A stretch of DNA of 64,000 nucleotides, from NCBI GenBank assembly GCA_043228905.1, contig JBHGNT010000014.1, positions 7,688,001 through 7,752,000 of the forward strand. Direction: 5' to 3'. This DNA comes from Azolla caroliniana (taxonomy: Eukaryota; Plantae; Polypodiophyta). Under the pieces are notes generated by a model. That model was given only the letters and a program-made list of their open reading frames with translations, did no database searches and was not told where the DNA came from. Below are positions 62,746-64,000 of this stretch, in pieces (the stretch's first letter is position 1; every line of letters begins with the position of its first letter). The position numbers were made by a program, and so were the translations under genes.

Positions 62746-64000
62746 GCCTCCGGGCTTGCCGTCATTCATCTCCGGACATCCCATCCGGAGGGACCGAAAT
62801 CCCAACAAACCTCCGGAGAGATACTCTCCCAGAATTTTCCTTACCGACGTCGGCGAACCGATGTCTTACGAAGAAGCATCGGCATCTGCCGATTCAGCCA
62901 CAAGGCATCTGGCGATGGAGCCGGAAATGCACTTCATTCGGGCAAACAAGACTTGGGGCTTGGTTGAATTACCGAAGAATCGACGTGCTCTTCCGTGTAA
63001 GTGGGTCTATCGACTAAAAGAGACGTCCGACTCGACCACCCCAAAGTACAAGGCCAGATTAGTTGCGAAGGGATTTCGACAAGAATATGGCATCGACTTC
63101 GACGAAATCTTTTCACCAGTGGTGAAAATGAGGACCCTTCGTTTCATGCTCGGCGTCGTGGCCGCCGACAACTTGGAGTTGATTCAGCTAGAGGTAAAAA
63201 CGACATTCCTCCATGGTGACCTACAGGAGGAAATCTATATGGAGCAGCCGAAAGGCTTTGTGGTATCCGGCCAGGAACATCTAGTCTGCCGACTCAGGAA
63301 GAGTCTCTATGACCTGAAACAGGCACCCCGATAGTGGTACAAGAAGTTCGACGACTTCATCCAATCGGTTGGCTTCTCAAAGAGCGATGAGGACCACTGT
63401 CTCTTCACCAAAACAGCTCAAGACGGGTCTCCCGTCTTCCTCATCATCTACGTGGACGACATGCTACTCTCCAGTCGGCATGTCGGAGAGCTCACTGACC
63501 TCGTTCGGCAACTGCGGTTGAAGTTTGCCATGAAGGACCTTGGTCCGGCAAGACACATACTTGGTATGAAGATTAGTCGGTATCTCAATACACAACAACT
63601 TTTCTTGTCTCAAACCGACTACATCGGACGTGTCTTAGAACGCTTCAACATGAAATCAGCCAAGTCTGCTTCGACCCCGCTCCCCATCAACCTTCGGCTG
63701 TCTTAGCGAGACTGTCTGACATCTAGTCCGGAGGGGGAAGATATGAAGTCGGTACCGTATGCACCGGCAGTCGGCTCCCTCATGTACGCGATGGTCGCGA
63801 CACGGCCTGGTATTTCTCACGATGTAGGAATTGTCACCAGATTCATGCACAACCCCGACTGATCGCATTGGAACGCAGTCAAACATGTGTTCAGATATCT
63901 AGCTGGCACAAAAGAGCACGACATTCTTTTTGGCCTGAACTCAACCTCAAGTGTAGTCGGTTACACCGACTCGGACTTCGCCGATTGTGTGGACAGTTGG

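Larger units (their letters stand above)
57301..62807 (-). mobile_element. Intact, recent Ty1/Copia element F (Tnt1/Tork-like)
   Basis: LTRs 57301-57982 and 62098-62807 differ by 3 substitutions plus one 28-bp repeat unit. PBS TGGTATCAGAGC 62094-62083; PPT 57992-57983. Confidence 0.97.
53961..64000 (+). mobile_element. Ty1/Copia element E (Tnt1/Tork-like, degenerate), interrupted by Copia F; runs off the right edge
   Basis: LTR ends at 54259 (start approximate) and PBS TGGTATCAGAGC 54262-54273. gag 54916-55680 (CNYCKKPGH), protease (LDSGASYH), integrase 56360-57100, RT 62811-64000 (KWVYRLK, YVDD). Confidence 0.9.

Overview
Eukaryotic plant nuclear DNA, by inference a non-seed land plant and most likely a fern (divergent plastid rpoC2 fragment, Tcn1-type self-priming chromoviruses). 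One clear host gene is present: chloroplast monothiol glutaredoxin GRXS16 (GIY-YIG plus CGFS domains, 2 exons, minus strand, 46016-48655). It is surrounded by deeply nested transposons: several Ty1/Copia elements (one young and intact, 57301-62807), two self-priming Tcn1-like Gypsy elements, Tat/Athila-like Gypsy elements with a tRNA-Arg primer binding site (PBS), a hAT MITE and two LINEs. The most interesting system is a tRNA-Trp-primed Gypsy group with TGTCG...CGACA ends and 4-bp ACGT target-site duplications (TSDs). It comprises one gag-pro/-1/pol element (27191-37626) and two pol-less partners (11033-16074, 29237-33022) that encode a capsid + acidic + basic + Trp-motif protein. All three share an RNA hairpin just before the polypurine tract (PPT). 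Other oddities are tRNA-like Pol III boxes inside LTRs, a captured plastid rpoC2 piece, an element with PBS-like sequence at both ends, and a 321-bp tandem amplification of a gag start. Coordinates were read by eye, and family names rest on motif recognition rather than database searches.
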